From the NCBI GenBank assembly GCA_050084985.1, contig JBITNC010000001.1:122264001-122328000 (forward strand): a DNA stretch of 64,000 nucleotides. The letters run 5' to 3'. Below the pieces are notes generated by a model. The model ran no database searches. It had not been told where the DNA came from and saw only the letters and a program-made list of their open reading frames with translations. The position numbers and the translations under genes are program-made. Below are positions 36,110-49,059 of the stretch, piece after piece; within the stretch, counting starts at the first letter, position 1; the number at the start of each line of letters is the position of its first letter. Origin of the DNA: Nageia nagi (Eukaryota; Plantae; Pinophyta).

Positions 36110-38733
36110 TGTTGGAGGCTTTTTCTTTCCTACCCTTGCTGATTAGTAAATGCTATCACAAGGCCTACAGAAAGACTCCAACACCTGAATGGTAGGGTGT
36201 AACCCCTACTTGCTATGAGGAATTTTACCTCAAAGGTTTGAAAGTGAAGGGTGCAAGGGTTCACTCAGGTGATAAGGTGGAGATGTTTGAAGCTATTACC
36301 AACTCAAATAATATTTGTTAACTAAGGACTAAAAGGGTTCCTAATCCAGGAATGGTTGTTTCCCAAGAAAATGAAGAAAAGAAAAGGTTTGTTGCGAAAG
36401 CCATGTAAAAGAAATAAAAAGAATAAAAAATGGGGTTTTGAGAAGATGATGATATATGAGTTCAGCTTTAGGGCAATATTCTCATTGACTAGTGTGGGTT
36501 TCAAAGAATAGACTTGCAAAAGTTTGGCCTAGGTTCCATGCATTCCTAATTCAACTTACAAGACAACAACACGAGTGTCCTAACAAAGGGAGCTTGGTGC
36601 TAAAGTGATGGAAATAAAAGATAGGACATGGATAAAAATCAAACATGGAATGAAATTTCTATATTAAATAGCATATGCAAGACACCTCAAAAGACACTAA
36701 TCCAATGTGCAAACTATGGAACATCACAATCATACATTACTTGGAATGTTTCGACAATAAGATTTGCTAGTAGTATTTTTTCCACCTTTAATAGATTTAC
36801 AAAATATTCCAAACATTCAAGATAGCATAAATATGTAACACAAATTCACATCCATAGTTCCAAATGAAAATATTACTCACTTCAATTACTTGGAATTATA
36901 TCATAATCACAAAATAGGGAAACTTGAAAGTATTTTGTAAGTAGCTCAATTTGCAAAATATCTAATACACTAACAAATGAGCCCTAATGGGCTATAAATA
37001 GTTTTTAGGGAACCCCTATGTGTTTCTCTAATCCTAATTGCAAGTTTCAAAAAAATAATAAGTGGTCCAATCAAACAATGCCACATGGCATTACAAGATG
37101 TCCCCCAAGTTTGTGGGAGCAAATCCTCATCCATCACAAACTTGGGAATTAATTATCAAATAATAACAATATTTAGTAAAATAATTGAATTTTCTTAAAA
37201 ATAAAAAAAATTGACTATGGCACCTGTGGGCCTAATGCATTGCTCAAATTTTTCATCTAAGAGCTTCGTTCAACATAAGTTCTAGTTTGTGTAGCATCTT
37301 TGACACCTTTAGCCTATTCCTGATAATACAATGCCCCACCTTGTTCACCATCCTCTACATATCGTCCCTCATATGGTTGACCTTGAGATATGTGTCAACC
37401 CAAAAACTCATGAAAAGCCACTTGTGCCTACATGTTGGGGTTTTAGAGTCCAAATTGGCTTAATGCATGACAAAAAAAGATAAAATTATGACTTTTTAAA
37501 TCATGTGCCAACCTTGGGGGTGAGCATGCTCCCAATGTTGGGTCTCTTGCTTTCTTTCTTGCTTGCCTTGATCACCAAACTCATGTAGTAACTTGATTTC
37601 TCCTAATTTTTGGTCTTTCTATTAGCTAGACTTGACAATTTTGATCTTTCATCTCAACCCAGGCAACCTATAAGCTTGGTGCATGGTTCCAAAAGTTAAG
37701 TTTATGACTTTTTGAAACATACACCAGCCTCACTTACCTGTATATCCTAGTTGCATGGTTCAAAAAGATAAGATTTTATCATTTTAAATCATATGCTAGC
37801 CTCCATATGGCCTAATCTTCATGGTTTGATGCTTAAGTGTTCATGCCTTTGCCAAATTTTTAACCTTCTTAGATCCTAGAGGCCTCTTGGACTTGGTGCA
37901 CACCTCAAAAAATCAAGAATTTATCTTTTGAAATCATGCGCTAACCCCCCTAGCTGTGCTTGAGGTTATCTTGAGGTTTTTGGGTCCATGACTTGTTAAA
38001 TTTTTCCTTTTTGCTTGAACTAGAAGCCCTTTTAGGCTTGGCATATGGTTCAAAAAGATAAGATTTTTTCTTTTTGAGGCATGTGCCAACCTCCTGAGTG
38101 CTTGAGGTTCACTTCTTGACCCCCAAATTGATCAATTCCTCCCTTTAGCCAGGTTGCATGATTCAAAAAGATAAGACTTTATCCTTTGAAATCATGTGCC
38201 AGCCATGTTGTGCCCTTGCCTTAGACTTTTCATGCTCCATTTTGTTTCAGCCTTCTTCTTGTGCTTGGCATATTCCCAAAAAAGTTAATATTTTATCTCA
38301 TGGAGGCATGCATTGGGATTGCAAGTGCCTCTGATTGCATTTTGAGTCTCTCTTCCAATTTGGATAGCCTCCAAGCCTAGTCGCATGATTTCAAAAGATA
38401 ATATTTTGTCTCTTTAAATCATGCACCAACCCTTAAAGACACCCAATTTGAGTTGGTCGAGCTCTGACTCTTCTTGGACTCCCTGGTTCACCTAAGATCA
38501 ACTTTGCACTTTCTAGACTTGGTCATTTTTTGGGAATTTCAAAATTTCTAACTTGGTATGACTAACCCTAGGTGAATAATGAGGCTTGAACCAAAGAAGA
38601 ATTGTCCATTTATCCAAGTCTTTGTGGCACAACTTGGGTGAGACAAGATGATGACAAAACCAATCATATACATGACACATTGAGGGTCCCAAAATCGCAA
38701 GATTTTCGGGCATGTTGTGTTTTAGTCACAACA
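36110..38733 (-). repeat. 3' LTR (2624 bp)
   Basis: Collinear with 42423-44466 and, inverted, with 51552-54485. Confidence 0.9.
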
Positions 38734-41700
38734 TAAGCTAAAATAAAAATAATAATAAAAACTAACAATAAGCCAAAATAAGAACAACAACAAAAACTAG
38801 TACCAAGACTGACCTATAACAATGACAAGAATGGAAACTAGTAGCTTTGACTCCAATGATTGACAACTTTTAGAACAAGTAACTTGGTATCCTAAAAATA
38901 AACCTATACATAGTGACTTACTTTGTTCATAAGGAATGCACTTGGGTTAGCACTATCACTCATAGCTACATCGTTGGTTTCATTATAGTGAGTGAACTCT
39001 TACCAGCTATTCGAGTAGCCATCAGGACACTTGCATTATGATCTAGGTCTTGGGACATTGTATTCATTCAGAGTGTCTATTCCAACTGTAGTCTCTAAAG
39101 AGAAGGATGATCTATCCCTAAGCTTAGTCACTCTTATGAACACACCCATCACCTATTACATCAAATAATCATGTTAAAGTCACCCAAAGTGTTTATTCCA
39201 ATCGTAGTCTTTGGGGAAAAGTATAACTGGTCCTTGAGCTCAATGCGCTCTACGTAGTGTTCCCAATGATAGGATTTAAATATCATCATTTTTTTACAAA
39301 TAAATAAGAAGACACTCAATACACTATGTATACTATAGTACAACCCCAAGGGGACTTATGTTGTAATTGATACCCAAATCAAAAATCTTATTTTATTTTC
39401 CACCTAAAGGAGTGCACTGTATTGTTTTGATCCCCATGTAGCATGCTTCTAAGATGATTGGGTGATTTTAGTAGAAGTATTGAGTGCACCCATGAGGCAC
39501 TAATCATTATGAACACCTTTTGCATGATATGATTTGGATTATCAATAAAGCCAAGAAAAAAGTTTCTTCCATGGACACCTCAAACTATGGGGTGGCATCT
39601 GTTATACATGTTGTAGGTATACCAATTTCATTTGTGAAAACCATATGAATTTGACTCTCACCATTTGCCACCTCCTCTCCACTAAAATATGGAAAATACA
39701 AGCACCCAGGCATAAGGATAGTAGGATTATAAAGTCCATGCCCTTGTAGTCTAGTTCAAGATCTTCTTTTACCAATCTAGGTTCTTACAATGCATGTTTT
39801 GATCTTATTTTTGTTGCTTCACCAAAGCCTTCAAAGGTACTAATAATTTTTGTAATTTCATGAGTATCTTCATGTACCAATATTTGTACATAAACCTTGG
39901 GGGCATCATTGATATTTTGACTTGGGGAATCTTGTCCTTTGTAAAATACAAAATCCTCAATATCATCAAACATTGGGCTAGGAAATTCATTCATGATGTA
40001 CTCCAATTCTGATTGAACATCACCTCCATCCTCTATCAATGATGTATAGTCATCAAAGGGTTCATCAATGCATATCACCTACTCATCCTCTTGATGTGAC
40101 CAACCACATGTCTTACCATACAAAGCCTCTTCAAATCTCTTGAACACTTATTCTAGACATACCTCAACTAGAAGCTCCTACTCAATTTCCATGGTATCTT
40201 AATCTAAGCATGGGAACAAGAGTTCATTGGTTATAACACTTAGCTCTAGATTCTTCCATTGGGAACTTAGCCCATAATAAGACTCATCATTGGTATTGTC
40301 TTTCTCCAACCTTTCCTTGTTCAATTGATCACCAGAGAAGAGATCCATTAAGAAGTCATTGGCAAAGGCTTCATCCTGCAGAGGTAACGAAAGATCACAA
40401 TCTACCTCAAAAGATCTATCATGTCATGTATTGGACCCTTTTTCTTCACATGTGATGGAGACCAACCCTACACCTTGACAAACTCTACATGACATCATGT
40501 TGAAATTTATACCTTCAAAGCACATAGATGCCATGAATTCTTGCTCTTGATTTTCTTGATCAATTCATTCTTCATCTCCTAGGTTTCTATTTCTGGATCA
40601 GAGACTATGGAGTTATCTTCATAATCAAGCTTGCTAAATTTTGAGGGTGGACTGGATTGTTGGTCATATTCTTGATCCACCATGTCCCTTTCCAAACTCA
40701 TCTCATCTAGTTGATCATCAAAGAAGGATTCAAAAGCAAAATTAGCCTCAATTGTATCTTGATGTGTATCTTTTCCTCATTTTGGTCCTTCTCATAGGGG
40801 AAACTATTTTCATCACTTAATTTATCCTTTCCTCCTTCATCTTCATCCCCCAAGAGGGTGAGATATTCATATTCTTTGAAGACATGTATCCATTCTTTCC
40901 CAAATATAGCAGAGATGATATCAAGTAGATCAATCACCCAAATGTCCATAAAATACAAAGATGGTGATCCTATAGGGTGCATGGGGACATTCTTTAAATA
41001 CCCATCATTTAAAATGTACCATCAACAAATATGATATCCTTCTCATTTGTTGCTATTGGGACAAATCCAACATTCTTTCAAGCTTCATATGTCACAATGT
41101 TGTAATCCGTTTTGGAGGTTACCAAACAATTGGCAAATTTTATGTTCCTAAGACACATGAATGTTGTGAATTCATGTCTCTAAGATTCCTGAGCTATCTC
41201 TTCTTCATATTCTAGGTCAAATGATTCTTTTTGTCTTGATGCCATGGGTAGGGAATTGTCTTTAGATACTCATCCTTAGCTTCATCAACATGGCTTCACT
41301 CCACTCATGTTTGGTTGGGCTGATCATCAAAGAAGGATTCAAAGGTAGAGTTTATGTCTAAGGGATCTTCACATTTGGATTTTGTTTCCTTTTGGTCTTC
41401 TTCATAAGAATGGTCACTGATCTCTTTTCTACCTTCTTCTTATGTATGTAGGTTTGGAGAGTTAGGGCCAATCATGGAATTGACCCACTTTTTACCAAGT
41501 TGCATAGGATCTAGATGTGTTTCTTTAGGCAAGTTGACTATAGTAAAATTCAAGGAGTAATATTCTTTTGATCTGATGATTTGCACACAAACACCCTCTA
41601 AGCATCCCACTATGACTGAGTCATCATCTTCTTCTTCATTGTCATCTATGGGAAGGGTAAAGTTTGACTCATAACAAGTGATGCTTGTTATCAAATTGCC

Positions 41701-42400
41701 CTTAAAATGAGTATCTACTACATAATATTGAAATATTTTTCCTTGAAGGTACAAATATGGATTTTATTTTTGGTGATATTTCTCCTCCTCTTGGACAATT
41801 CCTTTTGGTATACTATCTTCATGATGTACCAAGTGTCCCTATGCTGACTCTTGTGGCGTATAACATTTAGCCTTATAAGTTGGTTGTTCACATGGTTTCC
41901 TCAGATACACTGGTCAGAATGGGATAGCCATTGGTACTAGTGCAACCTGACTATTCATATGATTTGATGTGTTGGATTGGGATTGACACATTGGTTATTT
42001 TGACCATGATTGGTGATTGAAATTCAAGCCTTGAACTAATGCTTGTTGTAAGACTAACTTTAGATAAGAATGATCATTTATCTGAAGTTGATGTAGAGTT
42101 GAGTTCAGATATGCTTGGTAGCTTATATGAGGTGGTATATATGTAGGCAAAGCACATGGTTGTCCATGGGAATCCCATGGTATATTTACCAACCACCATG
42201 GTATGGCTTCCATGATTGTACAATATGATGGTTATAGAAACCATAAAAGAATGTGTCTCTAGGACTTAGAATATGTGCTTGCAGTGTCCTAGCAAGAAAG
42301 GCTTGGATCTCTTGTTTGGTGCATGCATTTGCTTCAAGGACCCAACTGAAAAGAAAATTAAAAGAGAAACAATCCTTACTAGATAAAGAAAAATTTCAAG

Positions 42401-42417
42401 CCCTCCTTCTAGTACCG
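42401..42417 (-). promoter_or_regulatory. PBS-like site (TGGCGCTAGAAGGAGGG type seen in Tat/Ogre-like elements)
   Basis: Minus strand reads ...CCAACA TGAAT CGGTACTAGAAGGAGGG; this defines the element orientation. Confidence 0.6.
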
Positions 42418-42422
42418 ATTCA

Positions 42423-44466
42423 TGTTGGGGGCTTTTTCTTTCCTACACTTGCTAATTGGCAAATGGTATCATAAGGCCTGCAGAAAGACTCCAACACCTA
42501 AATGGTAGGGCATAACCCCTACTCACTATGAGGAATTTTACCTCAAAGTTTTGAAAGTGAAAGGTGCAAGGGTTCACTCATGTGATACAGTGGAGATGTT
42601 TGAACCTATTACTAACTCAAATAATATTTGTTAGCCCAGGAATCAAAGGGTCCTTAATCCAAGAATGGTTGTTTCTTAAGAAAAAGAAGAAAAGAAAAGG
42701 TTTGTTGCGAAAGCCCTACAAAATAAATAAAAAGAATAAAAAAGTAGGTTTTGAGAAGATGGTGATATATGAGTTCAGCTCTAGGGTAATATTCTCATCG
42801 ACTAGTTTGGGTTTCAAAGAATAAACTCACACAAGTTTGGCCTAGGTTCCATGCATTCCTAATCTAACTTGCAAGACAACAACATGAATGTCCTGACAAG
42901 GGGAGCTTGGTGATAAGGATATGGAAAGAAAAGATAATATTTTGAGTAAAACTCAAACATAGAATGAAGTTCCTAGATTAAATGGCATATGCAAGATACC
43001 TTAAAATACACTAATCCAATGTGTAAACTAGGGAACATCACAACCATACACTACTTGGAATGTTTCAAAAAAGGATTTGCAAGCAGTCTTTTATCTACCT
43101 TAAATAGATTTACAAAATAGTCCAAACATTCAAGATAGCCTAAATATGTAACACACATTCACATCCATAGTTCCAAATGAAAATATTACTCACTTCAATT
43201 ACTTGGAATTATATCACAATCACAAAATAGGGAAACTTACAAGTTTGAAAGTATTGTGTAAGTAGCCCAATTTGTAAAATGTCTCTTGCTTGCATGCTTA
43301 CCTACCTTGATCACCAAAATCACTTAGTAACCTAATTTCTCTTGATTTTTGGTCTTCCTATTAGCTAGACTTGATAATTTTGATCTTTCATCTCAACATG
43401 GGTAGCCTGTAAGCTTGATGCATGGTTTCAAAAGTCAATTTTGTGACTTTTTGAGGCATGCACTAGAATTTCTTACCTATCCATCTTGATCGCATGGTTC
43501 AAAAACATAAGATTTTGTCTTTGTAAATCATGCCCCAGCCTCCAGATGGCCTAATCTTCATGATTTATGCTTAAGTGTTCTGCCAAATTTTTATCTTTCT
43601 TGTATCCTAGAGGACTCCTAGGCTTGCTGCATGCCTCAAAATGTCAAGGATTTATCTTTTGAGATCATGCGCTAACCCCCCTAGGTATGCTTGAGCTGAT
43701 CTTGAGGTTTTTAGGTCCATAATTTATCAAAGTATTCCCTGTTGCTTAAATTGGAAGCCCTTCTAAGCTTGGTGCATGGTTCAAAAAGATAAGATTTTAT
43801 CTTTTTGAGGCATGTGCTAGCCTCCTTAGTGCTTGAGGTTCACTTCCTGACCCTTGAACTTGATCAATTCCTTCCCCTATCTAGGTTGCATGGTTTAAAA
43901 AGATAAGAATTTATCTTTTGAAATCATGGACTAGCCTTGTTGTGCCTTTTCCTTAGACTTTTAATGCTCCATTTCATTTTAGCTTGATTCCTATGCTTGG
44001 TGCATGCCTAGAAAAGATAAAACTTTATATCTTGGAGGCATGCACTAGGATTGCAAGTGCCCTAGATTGCATTTTTGAGTCTCTCTTCCAGTTTGTACGA
44101 TGTCCAGGTCTAGTTTCATGATTTCAAAAGATAAGATTTTATCTCTTTGAAGCATGCACCAACCCTTGGAGATGCCCAATTTGAGTTGGTTGAGCTTCGA
44201 CTCTTCCTAGACTCCTTGGTTCACCTAAGGTCGACTTTACACTTTCCAAACTCAGTCATTCTTTGGGAATTTCAAAATTTCTAATTTGGTATGACTAATC
44301 CTAGGTGAAGAATGAGGCTTGAACCAAAGGAGAATTGTCCAAGAATCTGGGTCTTTGCAATACAGCTTGGGTGAGATAAGACAACAACAAAACCAAGTAT
44401 ATACATGACATGTTGAGGTCTCCAAAATTGTAGGATTTTTGGGCATGTTGTGTTTTAGTCACAATA
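42423..44466 (-). repeat. 5' LTR (2044 bp), lacking a ~580-bp block present in the other LTR
   Basis: At ~43283 the sequence jumps from the equivalent of 36963 to 37546 across a TCT microhomology. Confidence 0.9.
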
Positions 44467-44969
44467 AGGCCCTATCAAATTTTTAAGATGGTGAGAAGTC
44501 ATACTTACAAGTTGAGTAGTCTGGATGGTCATCAAATGTTGTTACCAATTAGTGGCCAATAGCTAAAGAGGTTTTATCCACTTGATCAAAACAACTAACA
44601 TGTTTTATCCTTTTTATACATATAAGTTTGTAAATATATATTTTGTAGTAGGCTAGGATTGTTGTTAAAGCTTTATGTTTATTTTTGAAGTAGAAGAGCA
44701 TAGAAAGGTGTTAGGAGTAAGAATTTTCTTATACTAAAGATAATTGTAGTTCTCAATTGCCTCATTAACTCAACAATTGTCCTAGTCAAAGATTGTGTTA
44801 GTACACATATAGAGATACCCAATTTTGGGAAAACATTTTTGCACATTTACACCAAAAACCATGTCAAAATAGCTTAAGCAATGTTGTAAATTATTTCAAA
44901 AAGTTTGTAGGTATCATTTTTGTGCTATTTTTGCCTTTAAAATCATTGAAATAGGGTTAATTTGCTTAT

Positions 44970-45580
44970 CTGTATAAGAAGGGGTTCCTCCACATAAGCT
45001 CTTTATGCTTTGCATAAGGCCCTTATGGTCCACATAAGCTCTTTATGCTTCACATAAGGTCCTTATGGTCCATATAAGCTCTATATTGATTGCATAAGCC
45101 CTACTGCCTTATCTCCATAAGGGTTCTTCTATTTGTATAAGGCTTCTTTTGTCCACATAAGTGTTCTCATCTTCGCATAAGCCTCCAACACTCCACATAA
45201 GGTTGTCATTGCCCAAATAACCCTAGCTCTATCTGCATAAGGTTTATATCCTCTGTATAAGTCTAATTTCACTTGTATAAGGTATTCCAACCCTGCATAA
45301 CACTTTATTACACTGCATAACATCTAAAGGGTTGCATATACTTATTCTCTCCACATAAGAGTTTGATCTTCCACCTAAGGTCTATAAAGTTTGCAAAACA
45401 CCTTATTGCATCGCATAAGCTATTAATAGACTGCATAAGGCAATTATTCATTGCACAAACCCTAATTGCTTTGTATAAGCAATAAACCTTTCGCATAAAT
45501 CCTAGTTTGCCTACACAAGAATTACTGTATCTACACAAACCGTTTACTATCCATATAAGTTTTGATTTCTTTACATAAGG
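44970..45580. repeat. Degenerate minisatellite anchored on (G/A)CATAAG, ~19-21 bp units
   Basis: More than 20 recurrences of cataag/tataag, e.g. ccacataagctctttatgct-ttgcataaggcccttatggt; lies between pol and the extra ORF of the Tat element. Confidence 0.85.
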
Positions 45581-45806
45581 CTTTCAAGTGACCATTGTAG
45601 CTGTGAAGAGGAGGGGAAGTAATTTGAAAATTGGGAAGAGTGTTAAGGAGTAACCAAAGCTTATTTTGAGTGTTGAAACAAGGGTTTTTAAAACAATTAT
45701 AGGGAGTTAAGGAATAAAGCTAAGTTGCACAAAATGTGGAAATGTTTTCAAGTTTCCAAAATGGGTACATCAGGAAATGTGACCCCTCCAAAATGGAAAC
45801 ACTAGG

Positions 45807-45809
<3 letters not shown>

Positions 45810-45865
<56 letters not shown>
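45810..45865. repeat. (TA)n microsatellite inside the hAT 3' end
   Basis: Direct reading. Confidence 0.95.
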
Positions 45866-45867
<2 letters not shown>

Positions 45868-46158
45868 TAAAATAGATGATTACATGTTGATTAAATGATG
45901 CATACATCAAATGCCAAAATCCCATATTAACTCCCACATTACATGATGCAAACAACAAAAATATTAACTCCAAAGAACAAATCATAGGCATATTATATTA
46001 ACTCCCTTGGATCATTACATGATGCAAATAACAAAATCCAAAATAAGCCTTTATAGATGAGGCTTTACATCCAAAAAAATCCTTTATACATGAGGCTATA
46101 TATCCTAAAAACAAAATAAAACATTGCTAAATACAATAATCAAAATTACATATTCTCA

Positions 46159-48480
46159 TTACTTATCCTCATCCTCAACAATAGAACAAGATGCTTGTTC
46201 AATAGAAGTAGTGCAAAATTTGGAAGAAGAGGCACCAATACTACTAGCACCACTACCACCAAATATCAAGAGTAGTAAGAGAGAGTTCCAAGTTTGGGTT
46301 CTTTGGATCCACATCCCGTTCCTTATGATGCCCACTTGTATATTCTTCACCCCTACGAGACACAAGACATAGGTTTGAATGCACATATACAAGATCCTTA
46401 GCCTTTTGTGATCCCAACCTATTCCACTTCACATTATGAATGAAACCATATTTGCTCCAATTTCTTTCAGCTGCTGAAGATCTTGCCACTTGTAATAGAA
46501 TACGAATGGCAACATGTTGCAAATGTACACCTACATAAGAACAAGACTATTCATGAGCATGTTGTTATGTAATGTTACATTAAGTAATATTACAAAACAA
46601 AAAAGTAAGCACAAAATGTACACTTGTAGCCCCATAATAAGTCCACCACTTAATTGAGGTCATGGTGGTCCTCTCCTCCAAAGCTAATATGTCTCCAAAT
46701 TCCTCCAAATTAGTAGCAAAAGTTGCAAATTCATTTCTCAATTTAGTTTGTAAAGGAGCTAAAAACAACCTTTAGAAGGATTTTTTCACTCCACTTGCCA
46801 CCTCCTTATCTTTATGTGGGGCCTTCCTCTTCCCATTACTTTCAGCAATAAGTTTTTCATTATAAAAGCATGGCATGAGAGCATGTGCCAACATTTGCAA
46901 TGGAGTGTTAAATCCATTCCACCTTGTAACCATGATGGTCCTCACCTACGTCAAATTTTAAAAAATTGTCAACACATTTAAATTTTACATTTTAAATTTT
47001 TAAGCAAATATTGATATAATGAATTATTGAAACATTGATGGTCATGGACCTCACTTGGTCTACAAAATCAAAATCAACAAAGACAAGCATGGGAGCCTCC
47101 TGTGTGATAATTTCTAGAGTTTTCTCAATCATGGTATCCATGCCATCATAAACCTCTCCTAAGAAAGGTTTATCTATGTTTATTTCTTGAAGAAGCTCAA
47201 ATGCAGGTGATATGAATTTCAGCAAGAAATCCACCTTCATCCACCAATCCTCATCAATTAACACCCTTCACACCACATTTCCCGTCTCTAAATTTTATTA
47301 TCTCCACTCAACCCATGTAAGACCCACCACCATACCTAACAACTGATTTCACCTAAACTAGCCGCCTCAACATGATGAACTTTGAGGCATATCTTGTCTT
47401 AGCAACTTTGAGCAACTCTAATTTGGAGTGTTCTCAAAAATTTACTTAAGATAGGTGTTGGTTGGTGATAAATTTTATGATATCTCTTGTTTACCCTATG
47501 ACCTCCTTAATCCAATAAATTTTATTCTCTATCTCCTCTAAGATCAAATTCAAATTATGGACAATGCAAGGAGTCTAAAAAATATGGTTGTACCTACTCT
47601 CAATAATCATTCTAGCTACTTTGTAAATAGGTACATTATCTGTTATAACTTGTACCACTCTATTTGGGCCTACTTTCTCAATAGCAACAATTAAAATGAT
47701 AGCAATAAAGTTCATGTCTTTTACCTCTCTAAAATAATCTTCAGGTTTCAAAAACATTACTCCAATAGGTGATGATGCAATGACATTGATCAATGACCTA
47801 TATTTTGTATTTATCCAGCCATATGAAATGATAGACACCCCTAAGCTACTACATGAGTTTTGAATAGGTTTTAAAACATCATCAATAAGGTTCTTCTCTT
47901 TAGCCAACAAAGTCATTTTGACTTTTTCATAGGTTGGCCCTTTAAAACCTCTAAGGGCTGTGTTAATTGCCCTCACCATAGTCTCTGCTTCCTCTCTCTC
48001 TTAAGTGTTGAATATTTTCAATAATCTGCTTTCATTTTTTGAATCAGGATTAGCCATCTCATTTTCAATAGTTGTTGCTCTCCTCTTCCTTGCTTCATGA
48101 AAATCTTTGGCTCACCACTAGCAGCAAAATGAATAATTAAAATTTGACCAATTTTGCTTCTTTGATCTTCCAACCTTTGAGTATCATCACTCTCACTTTG
48201 GAACTTGGCCCTCACTTCTAGTTTTTTTTTTTATGTGGATAGCCATTAATCCCCTTCCCTTCCTACAAAATGTGAGCCTTGACTCTTGTATAAGATCCCT
48301 TGTAGGGCCTCACATTTTGACATAGATTACACCTCCATTCCCATGAACCCCCACTAGACATTTTTTTTATCTTAGTCAAATACTACCAAAGGAGATAATA
48401 TTCTTCCTATTTGTTTGATTGAGGTGTTCTTGGGATTGGAGAGTGACCACTCTCAGAACTAGAAGCCATCTTGCCTTTGC
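46159..48480 (-). pseudogene. hAT transposase (BED, DUF659, dimerisation), disrupted
   Basis: GSWEWRCNLCQN..YKGSYTRVKAHI (BED); GVSIISYGWIN..LINVIASSPIGVMFLK..VVQVITDN; WWMKVDFLLKF; QVARSSAAERNWSKYGFIHNVKWNRLGSQKAKDLVYVHSNL. Confidence 0.92.
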
Positions 48481-49059
48481 TACTGGTGGAAGAAAATAAA
48501 ATAGTAAAAAATAGTAACAACAAAAGAAAAATATTAAAAACAATGGCAATATTAGTAAAATACTGAACACACAGCCCACACCTTTGTTGTTGTTGCCCAC
48601 AAGCCTGTCCTCTTTACTGGGAATGTACTTATAGCTATCTAAAGCTCTTCTTATTGCTATCCAAAGCTCTCTTTACTACTTGCTAGGAATACTCCAATGC
48701 TTTATGAAGACTGACTGAATGAAGTGTTTTCTATTTTCTTCTAGTTGCTTTTAGGGTTTCATACTTTACTTATTTTTTATTCTAATGACTTAAAAGTGGG
48801 ACCTACAAACTTGTATGGAGGAAAAATGCAAAAAAATGTGTCAATTTAACTTGCATCCATCAGAAATGAGTGGAAATGCCAGTCTAGAGTTGGAAATGTG
48901 TTTTTAAGTTGAGAAACATTTTAGAAACATTTTTGACTTCAAAAATGTCCTAGGAAACATGTTTCATCTTGTTTTGTCTGCTTTTCTGTGTTTCCTCGAG
49001 TTTTCGGTATGGGTACAAGGCTTGGGATGGAGTTTCTTGCAACTTAGGAATCAAGAGAT

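Larger units (their letters stand above)
36110..44466 (-). mobile_element. Non-autonomous LTR retrotransposon (8.36 kb, long LTRs, no RT/RH/INT detected)
   Basis: Direct repeats 36110-38733 and 42423-44466 (TGTTGG...CACAACA/CACAATA). TSD GGGCA/AGGCC splits the host codons W-I-G-P. PBS-like site next to the right-hand LTR. The internal 3.7 kb has only broken minus-strand ORFs, including a protease-like C-half (41440-41754). Confidence 0.9.
28390..44585 (+). mobile_element. Tat-clade Ty3/gypsy gag-pol (gag-PR-aRH-RT-RH-INT), decayed and split by nested insertions
   Basis: gag LPIFEGN..VEHEDVVLKLF (28440-28730). PR HN/CLLDSKAIVNVI, split by a solo LTR. Archaeal-type RNase H FFDRAK..LEFPCTNNIAEYEALL..VFGDS (32648-32857). 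RT FSLMDGFSRFNQI..RMPFGLTN..VYLDDL (33793-34137). RH 34480-34830. INT QWGLDLIG..IDYFTKWIEA (35319-35537). C-terminus KLEPNWIG|PYQI..LKRFYP resumes at 44472. Confidence 0.92.
45720..49047 (-). mobile_element. Complete (decayed) hAT DNA transposon, TIR CTAAGTTGCA, 8-bp TSD
   Basis: CTAAGTTGCA at 45720 and TGCAACTTAG ending 49047. TSD GAATAAAG (45712-45719) / GAATCAAG (49048-49055). GAAAC/GGAAATG subterminal repeats. Confidence 0.92.

Noticed and set aside
37415-38435. CRISPR array (palindromic repeats with unique spacers), also 58640-59660
   Set aside because: Repeats are ~52-58 bp and degenerate, spacers are irregular, there are no cas genes, and the first array is an integral part of plant LTRs present in three copies.
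45129-45991. ORFs rich in C/Y/L/M and IYIYIY (also 19085-19309)
   Set aside because: Translation artefacts of the CATAAG minisatellite and (TA)n tracts.
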